NCBI RefSeq assembly: GCF_963921235.1
Contig: NC_086097.1
Span: 10,168,001-10,232,000, forward strand
Source of the DNA: Mobula hypostoma
Lineage: Eukaryota
Length of the DNA: 64,000 nucleotides
Direction: 5' to 3'
Shown: one piece after another, positions 23,201-35,321 of the stretch
Numbering within the stretch: the stretch's first letter is position 1
How the letters are laid out: each line of letters starts with the position of its first letter
Made by a program: the position numbers and the translations under genes
Notes under the pieces: generated by a model
The model's database searches: none
Told to the model about the DNA's origin: nothing
What the model saw: only the letters and a program-made list of their open reading frames with translations

Positions 23201-24634
23201 CTCTAATAAAATGGCCACAGGGTACAATGTCGCAAATCCTATATTCAAAATGCTGACCGATGAAGATCAGTATTATACATGTCTTATTTCACTCAGTTAT
23301 GTTCAATGCCTTGTTAATCATGTTTAGAAACCAAAATTTCTTCCAGCCACAGGACAAATTATTGCAGAGGGACCTTCATCTTTTCAATGTTATTATCAGA
23401 TTAAGCAGATACAGAGTATATGGAAAATGATTATCGTCAAGAATTTGGTGCAATAATTAATATTGTGCCACAATATTGTAACTCTATGTGGAATTGTATG
23501 TGATGATCAGACGCAAAGATAAAACATGCCTGAAACTAATGAGGCTCTTTATGTGAAGTGGATCTCATCAGAAGCCAGCAATACGGATTAGGCTGTTAAC
23601 TGCATGGTTTACCTATGTAAAGCAGCCTCATCACTTTTGCAGAATGTAATTAAAAATGAATCAAAGAACGTGAATTGGAAATTACTGACTACCAATATTA
23701 AGTAAAAGTTGTGAGAAGAACACATCAGAAGAGTAAGTGAAAAATCTCATTAATTAGGTCATTTCATATCCAAACTTCAAAAGAAAGCTCAAACTGCATA
23801 CACAGCCACTTCTGAAATTTATAGTCATTTCAAATTCAGCTTATTCATTAAAGTTAACTACATTTTATTTGAAATTATTCTTTAAGTTAAATAAAAACAC
23901 TTCCCCCAAAACAAACAGCCTCCAGAAATTAAAATTCAACTCATTAGATTCAAAGATTCAGAGTATATGTATAAACAAATTGTGTATGCTGTATACAATA
24001 TTTGTCTTCCCAAACACAGCCATGAAATAAAGAAATAACCATGGTGTTAATTTTAAGAATGTATACTGCCCTTAAAAAATGCAATCTACCAAACAAAATC
24101 ATTTTTTCCAATATACAGTGCATATTATACTGGCTAAAATTTCAAGAGAATTGCAATATTTGTTGCATTAGATCAATTTCTAAAGTTACAGACTCTAATC
24201 TAGAGTATGCTCAAAACATGGTGGTTGTCCATTGAGTCCAACGATGGCAGGAAACCTGTGCGGGAGAGTTTTTAAAGTGGAAAAGCCATTGCGCTGGGGC
24301 AGTTCCAGTCTCTCAACTTTGGAAGTCCAAGTTTCGTGGTTAGAACAAACATCACAAACTGGGATCTTCCTTGTTTGAAGTGGATGACCATGATGTCTCC
24401 TGTGCCTTGGCATGCTCTCGCTCTCCACGAAGTGTTGTTGTACTGCCTTCTTGGCTGTTGAATCTCACTGTCAGAGCTCATCTGCCTAATCCACTATAGT
24501 TGATTTTGCATGCTAGGACAGGCATGTCGCTACTTAACCAGGGTATGAGGTAGCCGGCAACCTTCAAAACATAGATCCACCATTTAGATAACCCTTGATC
24601 ACAAATGTGTGGAATAAGGCTGCAATAATCTAGT

Positions 24635-24799
24635 CGCAAACAACAGGAATTCTGCAGATGCTGGAAATTCAAGCAACACCCATCAAAGTTGCTGGTGAAC
24701 GCAGCAGGCCAGGCAGCATCTCTAGGAAGAGGTGCAGTCGACGTTTCAGGCCGAGATGCTGCCTGGCCTGCTGCGTTCACCAGCAACTTTGATGTGTGT
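24635..24799. mobile_element. Penelope-like terminal fragment with internal inversion and 14-bp TSD
   Basis: tgcaataatctagt at 24621-24634 and 24800-24813; inverted arms 24673-24722 and 24753-24802 (49/50 match). Confidence 0.9.
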
Positions 24800-24825
24800 T
24801 GCAATAATCTAGTACTGGTTTTCAG

Positions 24826-25500
24826 TAGATTAGATTAGATTATGAGGACACTCAGTCCTCGTTTATTATCATTTAGTAATGCATGCATTAAAAATGATAC
24901 AATGTTCCTCCAGTATGATATCACAGAAACACAAGACAGACCAAGACTAAAACTGACAAAAACCACATAATTATAACATATAGTTACAACAGTGCAAAGC
25001 AATACCGTAATTTAATAAGAGCAGACCATGGGCACGGTAAAAAAAAGTCTCAAAGTCCCGATAGCCCCAACATCTCACGCAGATGGTAGAAGGGAGAAAC
25101 TCTCCCTGCCATGAGCTTCCAGCGCCGCCAACTTGCCGATGTAGCATCCTGGAAGCACTCGATCACAGTCCGACTCTGAGTCTGTCCGAAAACTTTGAGC
25201 CTCCGACCAGCCCTCCGACACCGAGCACCATCTCTGCCGAGCGCTTCGACCCCGGCCCCGGCCACCGAGCAACAGGCAAAGCCAAGGATTTGGGGCCTTC
25301 CCCTCCAGAGATTTCGGATCACACAACAGCAGCAGCAGCGACACAGGCATTTCAGAAGTTTCACCAGATGTTCCTCCGTGCTCTCACGTCTGCCTCCATC
25401 AAATCAGAATTGTGCATGGCACCCTACTTGACAGATAATGGATATTCATCACCGGTGAGGCAGCGCGCGCTGCATCATGCCGCCATCTTCTCCTCCCTCC
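24826..25500 (-). mobile_element. Non-autonomous LINE derivative (GC-rich 5' part joined to a Rex1-like 3' tail)
   Basis: (agatt)n tail and tttattatc...caatgttcctccag, resembling the 3' end of 42988-43200. CpG-rich body. Minus strand begins gggaggagaagatggcggc. Confidence 0.6.
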
Positions 25501-25784
25501 CAATACAGCATGGATCCACAATGCCTTCCCATCTAGTCCCAATTTCTTGAGTTTGGCCAATATCCGTTTATGTCCCACTCTTCCATGTATCTATCCAAGT
25601 GTTACATAAATTATATTATTGTACATGTCTCCATTACTTCCTCTGGCAGCTCATTCCTTGTATTCACCACCCTCTGTGTGAGAAAGTTGCTACTCAATTT
25701 CCCTTTTAAATCTTTCCTCTCTCACCCTAAATCTTTGCCCCTTTGGTTGGGACTCCCCCAACCTGGGTAAAGGACTGCTGCTGT

Positions 25785-26448
25785 CAGAATCAGAATCAGA
25801 TTTAATATCACCGACGTACATCATAAATTTTTTTGTCTTTGCGGCAGCAGTACAATGCAATACATAATAATAGGGACAAAACTATGAATGACAGTAAGTA
25901 TATATATATGTTAAATAGTTAAATTAAATAAGTTCTGCATAAAATTAAAATTAAAAAGTAGTGAGGTGATGTTCATGGATTCGATGTCCATTCAGAAATT
26001 GGATGACAGAGGGGAAGAAGCTGTCCTCAAATGGTTGTGTGTGTGCTTTCAGACTCCTATACCTTCTTCCTGATGGTAGCAATGAGAACAAGATATAGCC
26101 TGGGTGATGGAGGTCCTTTAGGATGGATAGCGTCTTTTTGAGTCATCACTCCTTGAAGATATTCTGGATACTCTGGAGGCTAGTGCCCAAGATGGGACTG
26201 AACTTACAATTCTCTACAGTTATTTCGATCCTGTATAGTAGTTCCCTCCACCCCCATACCAGATGATGATACAATCAGTTAGAATGCTCTCCACTGCATA
26301 TCTGCAGAAATTTGTGAGTGTTTTTGGTGACATACCAAATCTCCTCAAACCCCTAATGAAATAGAGCTACTGTTGGGCCTTCTGTATGGCTGCATCAATA
26401 TGTTGGGCCTAGGATAGATCCTCAGATTTGTCGACACCCTGAAACTTG
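25785..26448 (-). mobile_element. Rex1-like LINE 3' fragment nested in a CR1 3' fragment (CR1 ~25503-25783 and ~26450-26785)
   Basis: (agaatc)n tail and gggaagaagctg...gaatgctctccactgcatatctgcagaaatttg; CR1 sequence resumes on both sides. Confidence 0.75.
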
Positions 26449-26850
26449 TCTGAGTCCCTCATGATTTAATAAATTTCTCTAAGGTCATCCCTTGTTCTCC
26501 TATGCTCCAATGAACAAAGACACAACTTAGCCAGATCTGGTCCTAGCAACATTTTCACAAATATTTTTGCACACTTTATATTTGAACCACATCAGTCCAA
26601 TAATAAGGTGACTAACACTATACACAGTGCTTCAAGTGTGGCCTCACCATCGAATTATACAACTGCAACATAATGTCCCAACTGCAATACTCAGTGCCCT
26701 GACTGGTGAAGGCCAGAGTGCTGAGCAACCTTTTCATCACCCTGTCTGTATGTGATACTGTTTTCAATGAATTATGTACTTGTAGCCGGGCCAGGAGCCA
26801 TATTCAGTGCTTCATCTTCTCCATGTTTCTCAACTAAGAGATCCAGTCAT

Positions 26851-27812
26851 CGAGTCATAGAGTCATAGAAAACAACAGCACAGAATCAGGCCCTTCTTTC
26901 CATCTAGTCCATGCCAAACCATCTAAACTGCCTATTCTCATCAAACTGTACCTGGACCGTAACCCTTCATACCCCTCCCATTCATGTACCCACCCAAATT
27001 TCTTTTAAATATTGAAATCAAAGTCACATCCATTTTCACTTGCAGTTTGTTCAGCACTCTCACCACACTCCAAGTGAAGAGGTTTTCCCTTAAATACTTC
27101 ACCTTTCAGTCTTAACCCATGACCTCAAGTCTAGTCTCACCCAACTTCAATGGAAAAACCCTGATTGCATTTACCCTATCTATACCCCTCATAATGTTGT
27201 ATACCTCTACCAGTCTCCTCTCAATTTTCTATGTTCTAGGCTCAATAGGTACACTTAATGTCAGATAAATGTATACAATATACATCCTGAAATTCTTTTT
27301 CTTTGCAAACATCCACAAAAACAGAGGAGAGCCCCAAAGAATGAATGACAGTTAAATGTTAGAACCCTAAAGCACCCCCCAGCTCCCCCTGCCACACACA
27401 AACAGCAGCAAGACAATGACACCCCCCCCCCACCAGCAAGAAAAAAGCATTGGCACCCCCCTCCAAGCACTCAAGCGTGCAGCAAAGCATCATTAAAGAC
27501 ACAGACTTGCAGTACCCCAAAGACTACTCATTCACCCGGTAATTCAACATACCACAGGCTCTCTCTCTCCCCAATAAGCGAAAGGAGCTGTCTCCATTTC
27601 ACAGCGAGAGGGGAGACATTACAAACAACACGCCGATCCGTGACGTTAAAAGTCTATTCTGTCGCTTCTTCCAAGCTCCGCACCCAGAGAATCGGCCCTG
27701 AGGCCCAGGTCCCCGGTTCTAACCTATTCAATCTTTCTATATAACTCTGGTTCTCCAGTCCCAGCAAAAATATTGTAAACTTTCTCTTTCTGTCTTATTT
27801 ACATCTTTCCTG
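26851..27812 (-). mobile_element. CR1 3' fragment interrupted by a non-autonomous LINE-derived repeat (~27245-27718)
   Basis: (gagtcata)n tail; ...ctatacccctcataatgttgtatacctct...; CR1 sequence resumes at ~27720 (aacctattcaatctttc). Confidence 0.7.
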
Positions 27813-29002
27813 AATGTTGAACACCTTTTTCATCACCCTGTTTATATGTGATGCTGGTTTCAATGAATTATGTACTTGTAGCCATGCCAGTAGATAGAAA
27901 GACAGATAGATACTTTACTGATCCCAAAGAAAATTAGAGTGTCACTGTAGCATTACAAGTGCACAGATACACAAATATACAAATATTAGAAGAGAAGTAA
28001 GAAAGAATAAAAAGTAAGTTACCTCAAACAGTCTAACAGGAGGGTCTCATCAATTCCCCAACTATAGGTGGACATATTATTGAGCCTAATGGCCAAGGGT
28101 AAGAATAACTTCATATAGCACTCTTTGGAGCAGTGCAGTTGTCTTAGTCTATTACTAAAAGTGCTCCCCTGTTCAGCAAAGATGGCATGCTGAGAGTGAG
28201 AAACATTGTCCAGAATTGTCAGTAACCATAATCAATGATTTGATCTCTCCCTGCTTTTCAACTAAGAAATCCAAACATGTTGTATAGGATGGAAATATTG
28301 CTCTAAATTGCAGGAACTTTGAGACTGCTTGCAACTCCCTGAAGTAGGCTTGAGTCAGGTAGTTTGTGAAACTGATAACACTTTAAACAAAATCTTGAAT
28401 CCAGCCCATTGTGAATCCAGTCACTTTTGGTTTTAATGTTAGGATGCCCCAAGGGTAGGTGACAAAATTACTCTCTGGGGCTGGTTTGGTTCTTGTAACT
28501 GTTGAAAAAGCTGCAAGACTTCATTTTAACAAGATTTCTAATTATAACTGAGAATGATTTGATACCTCATGAAACCAGTTCAATAAAAGGAGGTGAGAAA
28601 TTAAGGTGACAATATTGTTTGTGGGCAAAATCAAACAGGGCTGTTTGCTGCAGGCTAAAAGGTGCCTCCTAATACATTCCCCACCAGTATATGCATTCAT
28701 CCGACCTCTAATCATGTTCCATTCATTTGACCCATGATCGCTCCTGGACCATCACTAAACTTAACAGTCCTTCAGCTTCAGCCTCTTTCAGAACTGGCAA
28801 GCAGCATAAACTCCTAATGAGCCTAGCAAGCATGCACCATAACTAGTCAAGATGAGTTTGCTGTCCTATTCACAAGTACAGTGAAACACAGGAACAATAA
28901 TGTACTTGTTTTTAGCAGCATTACAGTCACATAGATTCAGATATTTCATTCACAATTTCAAAGTTCAAAGTTCAAAGCACCTTTATTATTAAAGTATATT
29001 AT

Positions 29003-29352
29003 GAGGGATATAGTTAGGGTAAATGCAAGCAGGCTGTTTCCTCTGAGGTTGGGTAGGACAACAGCCAGATATTATGGGTCAAAGGTGAAAGCTGAGAAGT
29101 TGAGGGAAACACGGGGGTAAGCTTCTTCCCTCAGAGGGTCGTGAGACTGTGGAATGAGCTGCCAGCACAAATGATGTATGCAAGCTCAATTTCAATATTT
29201 AAGAGAAGTTTGGATAGGTAGATGGATAGTTGGGGTATGGACGGCTATGGTCCTGGTGGAGGTTGATGGCAGTAGGCAGTTTAAATGCTTTTGGCATGGA
29301 CTAGATGGGCCAAAGGGGCTGTTTCTGTACTATACTTTTCTATGATTCTATG
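29003..29352 (+). mobile_element. CR1 LINE 3' end
   Basis: gagggatatagttagggtaaatgcaagcaggctg...cagagggtcgtgagactgtggaatgagctgcc...ttctatgattctatg. Confidence 0.8.
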
Positions 29353-29631
29353 GCTGCATGAATACATTATACATTTTTGAGATTTGTCTACTTACAGGCA
29401 GCCACAAAACAAAGAAATCCAAAAGAACTCATTTAAAAAAGACCAACAAATACTTAATGTGCAGAGGGAGAGAAAAAAATAAATCATGTAAGCATCAGAG
29501 CAAAAGTGGTTGCACAGACAAGAAGCCTGGAGCAGCCGGATTAAACCATAACCTCAGCCTCAGTTTAGCACAGAGTCAAGCTATGTCACGGAGCATCGAG
29601 CAGAAGTGGACCAGCCCTTGTCTCTATCCAC

Positions 29632-30025
29632 GCGGGGGTGTCATGGTAGCATGGTGGTTAGCACGATGCTATTAGAGCGTGAGGCATTGAAGTTCAGAGT
29701 TCATTTCCAATGACATCTGTAAGGAATTTATATGTTATGCCCGTGATCGTCTGCGTTTCCTTCCGATGTTCCAGTTTCCTCCCACAGACCAAAGACGTAC
29801 CAGTTAGTGGGATAACTGGTCATTGTAGATTGTCCTGTGGTTGGGCTAAGGGTAAACAGTTAGGTTGTTGGGTGATGTTGCTCACTGGATCAGTAGGGCC
29901 TGTACCACACTGTATCTCTAAATCGGGGATTCCCAACCTATTTCATGCCATGGACAAAGGGACATTTTGCAAAGGGACTGTGAACCCCAGGTGGGGGACT
30001 CCTGCTCTAAATAAATAAAAGACTA
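29632..30025 (+). mobile_element. tRNA-derived SINE
   Basis: ggtagcatggtggttagc (A box), gagttcatttcc (B box), SINE core and (taaa)n tail. Confidence 0.75.
29924..30004. mobile_element. hAT (Charlie-like) MITE, 81 bp, with 8-bp TSD
   Basis: TSD ctctaaat at 29916-29923 and 30005-30012; TIRs cggggattcccaacc / ggtggggactcctg. Confidence 0.8.
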
Positions 30026-31072
30026 AAATAAATAAATTATACAAGACAATAAAAAAAACTGTGCACAATAAGGCATTATTGCAAAAAAATATATAATCGG
30101 AAGCAAATCCATGGTCGTTCATAGTGTTCCATTCCTGAGGAAGGATTAAGGTTGTGTAGAAATCTATGTGTTGAAGGAAAATAACTTTCCTGAACCTGGT
30201 TGTGTGGAGCTTCTGGCTTTGATACTTCGTGCCAATGCAGCAATAAGAAGAGGGTTTGACCCAGGTGGTGGGGATTCTTAGTCATAGTCATAGTCGTAGT
30301 CATACTTTATTGATCCCGGGAAAACTGGTTTTCGTTACAGTTGCACCTGCCTTCCTGAGGCAGCCTCTCCTCTGGTTGCGTTCGGTGATGGGGAGTTGAT
30401 TTGATTAATTCCTCCTGGTGAAGTTAAGCAGCGACATTTAGTTGCAGCTCTTTATGATTAACTGGCGGCGGGAGAGAGTGGAGTCAGACACCCACAATTG
30501 TTATCCCACAATCTTTGCAGGAAGCTCCAAGAAAATAGTGGCAAGGCATGAATATTAAACAGGGTCACATGTTTTCAATCGGGGGCACTGGCAGATATGC
30601 TTGGGTCCCAGAGAGTCAATGTTTGTAGAAATGGAGGTCCATTTGCCAATAAAACACTGTGGTGCTTATTTTCTGAGGGCAGTAATTGACATAGCCTTCT
30701 CCAGCTGATTCCCCCAAAATTCTGTTTCTCCTTTTGTGTCTTTACTTGATTTTGTTTGCTCCTCATGATACTTTTGGGACCTTTTACTAATGTGACTGAA
30801 TAATTGAGTTTGCCTTCAAAGTAAGACCTTAAGGCCATAAGACATAGGAGCAGAATTAGGATCTTCTCTGCCACTTCATCGTGTCTGATTTATTATCTCT
30901 CTCAACCCCATTCTCCTGCCTTCTTCCTGTAACCTTTAACAGGTTGACTAAATAAGAACATGCCAACATCCACTGTATAATTAATATTGTAATAAGCTAA
31001 CAAATGCGTGGATGCTACTTCAACCAAGCATCTATCATGTTAATTGTCAGAAGCTGTACGTCTGTCTTTTTA

Positions 31073-31976
31073 TGTAACCAGGTGACTGTTGAATATCTTT
31101 TTTTATTGTTAAAGTGCACTTATGTATTCACCTTGGTAATACTAAAATAGCTGCCTGTGCCTTTAAGAGAAAGCAGTGATGTCATTTTGCATGGGTGGAG
31201 TAGAACCAAGAGTTGCCATGTTCTAGAAAGGACAACGTTTGAGTGCTTTTCCCAGGTTTGGTGAGGAAAGGGGAATAATATTTGATAATATCCATGTGAA
31301 TTCATTTATACTTGTTTGTAAATCTAGAATATTGGTAATTTGGCATGTTTTAAATGTGGATGCTTTAGATTTTTGCAAGTAAATTGATCAGCGCTGGATA
31401 GCGTGATTGCAAAGTTCCTTAATTGGCCAACTGGGCTAGTATTTTTAGTAATTCAACTACAAGGCAATATATTATAAAAGTTTATTTTTCTTTCTTTATT
31501 GTTTCATGAGCTGAATGTGGATGTAACAGAGTAATGTGAATGTGTTCATCTCTGTTCACGTAGCGTGAGTGAGGAGAATTCATTTCAAGGTCTAGCCTAT
31601 ATGTCTTTGGAAGTAAGCACGTGTGTGTCAAATGTGAGTACTTCTCTTAGTTAAGATGAGATGTATTTATTCATGTTTTTGATGTTGTGTATAAAGTACA
31701 GGGTAGGTGGGATTCTAACGTTGTTTGTATTTTTTTAGATTTGCCACTACCGTATTGGTTTTGTATGTTTTGTTTCAGTTATTTTCATACTGCATACGTA
31801 ACAAGGGTGTGGTCTGAAATTAAACTGAGATTGTAATGGCAGGTACTGTTTTTAATTTATTTTGTCATTTTTATTTTGATACCCTCTTTCTGCAATTATC
31901 ATCTAAAACTGATAAAGAAAGTTAAGGCCTGACAAAGTATTTGTTGTCCTGCGTGTGTATTTTTGCCTAGGCTACA
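31073..31976 (+). repeat. Candidate solo LTR (~900 bp)
   Basis: Begins tgtaaccagg and ends cctaggctaca (imperfect terminal inverted match); internal gcctttaaga. No TSD was found. Confidence 0.3.
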
Positions 31977-32286
31977 AAATTTACTTAGATAATTTATGTT
32001 AGTTTTTGTTGTGGAATTTATAGTACTGTGCAAAAAACCTTTACCCAGTACTATATATGACTTTAAAATTTTACCTGGTTTAATATTTTCACTATGTGAC
32101 CTCAGTTATTTTGTGTGATACAGATGATAGAAGATTATGACATAGAAATTATATCACAAAATGAGACTATCTATCGCATTATGCTCATCATAGTTCTTCA
32201 GATGGAGTTGTCTGCTGTAGTCAGATAAAGTTTAATGTCACGTGCACCGGTATAGTTAGGCACAAACACAATGATATATCATTAAG

Positions 32287-32552
32287 ACGGCACAGTAGCA
32301 TAGTGATTCGAACAATAGAGGTGACTCAGGTTTAATTCCTGCAACTGCCTGTAGGAAGTTTGTATGTTCTACCCATGACTGTGTGTGTTTCCTCCAGGTG
32401 CTTTAGTTTCTTCCCACAGTTCAAAGATGCACCATTTAGGAGGTTAATTGATCATTGTAAATTGCCCTTAAGTCGAGAGATTTCTGGGCCGTGTGGCTCG
32501 AAGGGCCAGAAGGGCCCATTCTGCACTCTATCTCAACAAATAAATAAAATAA
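32287..32552 (+). mobile_element. tRNA-derived SINE
   Basis: ggcacagtagcatagtg, ggtttaattcctgc, SINE core and CR1-like tail ggctcgaagggccagaagggcc...(taaa)n. Confidence 0.75.
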
Positions 32553-33149
32553 CATAAATCTTACTTGCATCAGCATCACAGGAACATAGACACAAGTAAC
32601 ACCTCATACAAAACAGTAAAGGAAAGAAAAACTGTGCAAAACAAGACATTAGTTCAAAAAAAAATTCAAAACAAGTCCATGGTAATACAAAAGATGATCC
32701 ATAATATTTGCAGTCTGCAGTCTAACCCTGTTTATTGCAGGCACTACTCTTGGAAAACTGCCACTTAATTTTACTTATGATCAATTCATCACTTTTTTTC
32801 TGCAGTTTGCATCTACTTTATTCTTTCAATTGCAACTTATCTCTTTGTGTTTCTGGTTTAATTCGTGATAAAGATTACAATGATCCATCACCAAGTTCTG
32901 TTTTTTGTAGTGCTCTCAACAACCATACAGCCCTCAGTGCTATTATAAAGTTGCTGTGAAGGGTGCAAGAATATCATATCATATCATATTCTTTATAGTT
33001 CTAAACATAATAAAAAAGGCAGCTGAAATAAAATAGTTCCATGGATGGATTGCATGAACTTCTATCGGTGATGGTGCATTCCTGTGCATGCGCATTCTTC
33101 CAACAGGATCACAACATTGTTGTAGGGCGTGCTCCAGTGTCCCACAGAT

Positions 33150-33993
33150 CTACGTTGGCCAGAGTCAGGGCTTCATGATTTGGGTCTTGGTAGGATCACC
33201 CATGCCAAACAGGTCAAAGGGTAGAGGCCAAACTAAAGGCTGATTTATACTTCTGCGTCAAATCGACGCCGTAGCCGCAAACCCTGCGCAAAGCCTACGC
33301 GGATCTCTACACCATAGCTTGACATGCAGCTCTCCCAAAATGTAACTACGCATTGCGGCAACGCAGACCGCAACAACTGTGATTGGTCCACTTGGTAGCA
33401 TTGCATTTCCTCCTACGCTGCAATAGCTTCCCATTGGGTGACTGAAGGGCAGGGAAGGAACTCTGGCTGCAATGCTTTCCATAAAGCTTTTCAGACCTCC
33501 GAAATTATGGAGGACACATTTTGCTTTTACGAGAAAAGATGCTCGCTTTAAACTTGTTTACCCCGACAGACTACCATGACCATGAAGCCTTGCATGGGCA
33601 GGTGTGTGTGTATGCGCGACGTGCCCAAATTGCAGAGCGATGCAGACACACCAACGCACAAGTATAAATGCTCACAACGCGGGTAGGCCACTTATGTAGG
33701 TTACGGCGTCCATTTGACGCAGAAGTATAAATCAGCCTTTAGAGCAGTCCACTGGTCCTTCAGGTTCATGGGTTCAGCTCAGGGCTAACAGCTCTGACTG
33801 GTAAAACTAAACTGTTATGGAAACAGCAACAAAAGCATCCTTCTGCATCTGAGTGCAACTATGTTCCTGAGTCTCCACCCAGGACTTGTATGACTGACAG
33901 TACTGAAAAGCAACAAGATGAAGGAAGCCCTGAACACTACCAGAGATGAAGGACCTTCATTGCTGCTCGAAACACCAGTGGCAAAACAGGCAG
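33150..33993 (+). mobile_element. Interspersed repeat (probably RTE-related) split by a Harbinger MITE
   Basis: catgccaaacaggtcaaagggtagaggccaaactaa | gagcagtccactggtcc...ggtaaaac...gttatggaaacagcaac. The family assignment is from recognition only. Confidence 0.45.
33237..33738. mobile_element. PIF/Harbinger-type MITE (~500 bp)
   Basis: TIRs aggctgatttatacttctgcgtcaaat.gacgccgta.cc / ggttacggcgtccatttgacgcagaagtataaatcagcct, flanked by TAA and TTA (TWA 3-bp target). Confidence 0.85.
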
Positions 33994-34020
33994 TAATAAT
34001 AATAATAATAATAATAATAA

Positions 34021-35146
34021 ATTATGAAGAAAAATACAAACTGAAACGAAAATTGCAACAAACACTATATACACTCACATACTTAGATTAACACTACCTC
34101 GGACAGAAGAGGGAAGAGGAATAACAGTCATTAAATAATTACACAACTGACAGATAAAATTTCTAAGGATATACAATATTTTCATCAGGATTCAGCACTC
34201 CACACAACCATATGCAATTCTGATAAGAAGCACACATCACAAAACTTAAATGAGAGCACAACCCAGAAAAAGGAAGAAATTATCACTATTGAAGAAAACG
34301 TTAACCAATGGAAGCACATGACCCTCCATGGAAGACATCCCCATGATGTGGGCAGACCGGACGATAACAAAGAAACGTCAAACACCTGGCTCAGAGTTGG
34401 AGACCCCTTCCCAGAAACAGAAGGGTTCTTTGTGGCAATATAGGACCAGGTGGTTAACACAAAAAAAAACAGATCAAAAGTCCAACAAATTCAAGAGGAT
34501 AAATATAGAAAATGCCAAGAAAAAACAGAAGCCATCCAACACGTCACAGGATCCTGCAGCAGTTTAACTCAATCTGATTAATTACACAGGCACAATCAAG
34601 TGGCAAACATCATACATCTAAATCTTGCTTTGAGATACAAACGCATAAAAGAAATCTAACCTTAATATAAATACAAGCCTGATCTAGTTTTAGAGTCAGA
34701 ATCCCACAAATTATATTACCACCAATCTGTTATTATGGATAGGACAATCCATAATAACCGTCTGGATATAATAACACGGGATAAACAAGCAAGAACAACT
34801 TATTTAATAAATACAGCCATTCCAAACACACATAACTTACAGAAATCAATAAGTGAAAAACACCAGAAATATATGGAATTAAAAGAGGAAATTGAAAGAT
34901 TATGGAACATGAACGGGGTGTACATTGTCCAATAGTAATTCGTACAGCTGGTATCATCCCATAGGCACTATACAACAGCATTAAACAATTAGGGCTACGC
35001 AGCAATATGTATGTAAATCTTTAGAAAGCCACAGTACTAAACATCACTAGAATTGTCTGAATGTTCCTAGCAATTGAGAAATGAGTGTGCTTGGCTATGC
35101 CCATACCTCAGGTTTTGCCAGCTTCAGCTGAGAAAAAAAATAGATT
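34021..35146 (+). mobile_element. R4/Dong (Rex6-like) non-LTR retrotransposon 3' fragment with zinc knuckle and restriction-like endonuclease
   Basis: Translation across frameshifts: LHGRHP...WLRVGDPFPETEGFFVAI*DQVVNT...RKCQEKTEAIQHVTGSC...HRHNQVANIIH...DRTIHNNRLDII...LINTAIP...EKHQKY.ELKEEIERLW. Flanked by TAA repeats. Confidence 0.85.
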
Positions 35147-35321
35147 TAATAACAATAATAATAACTGTTTACAGTTACTGTTCTATAGATTTGCTAAGTA
35201 TGCTGGCAGGAAAAGAATCTCAGGGTTGTATGTGGTGACATGCATGTACTCTGATAATAAGCTTTACATTGAACTTTAATAATAATAATATTGTAAATGA
35301 ATTACATTGCCGGAAGTCAGA

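Noticed and set aside
25050..25550. Overlapping 78-155 aa ORFs as a novel gene
   Set aside because: They lie in a GC-rich repeat where stops are rare, several frames on both strands are open, and no domain is recognisable.
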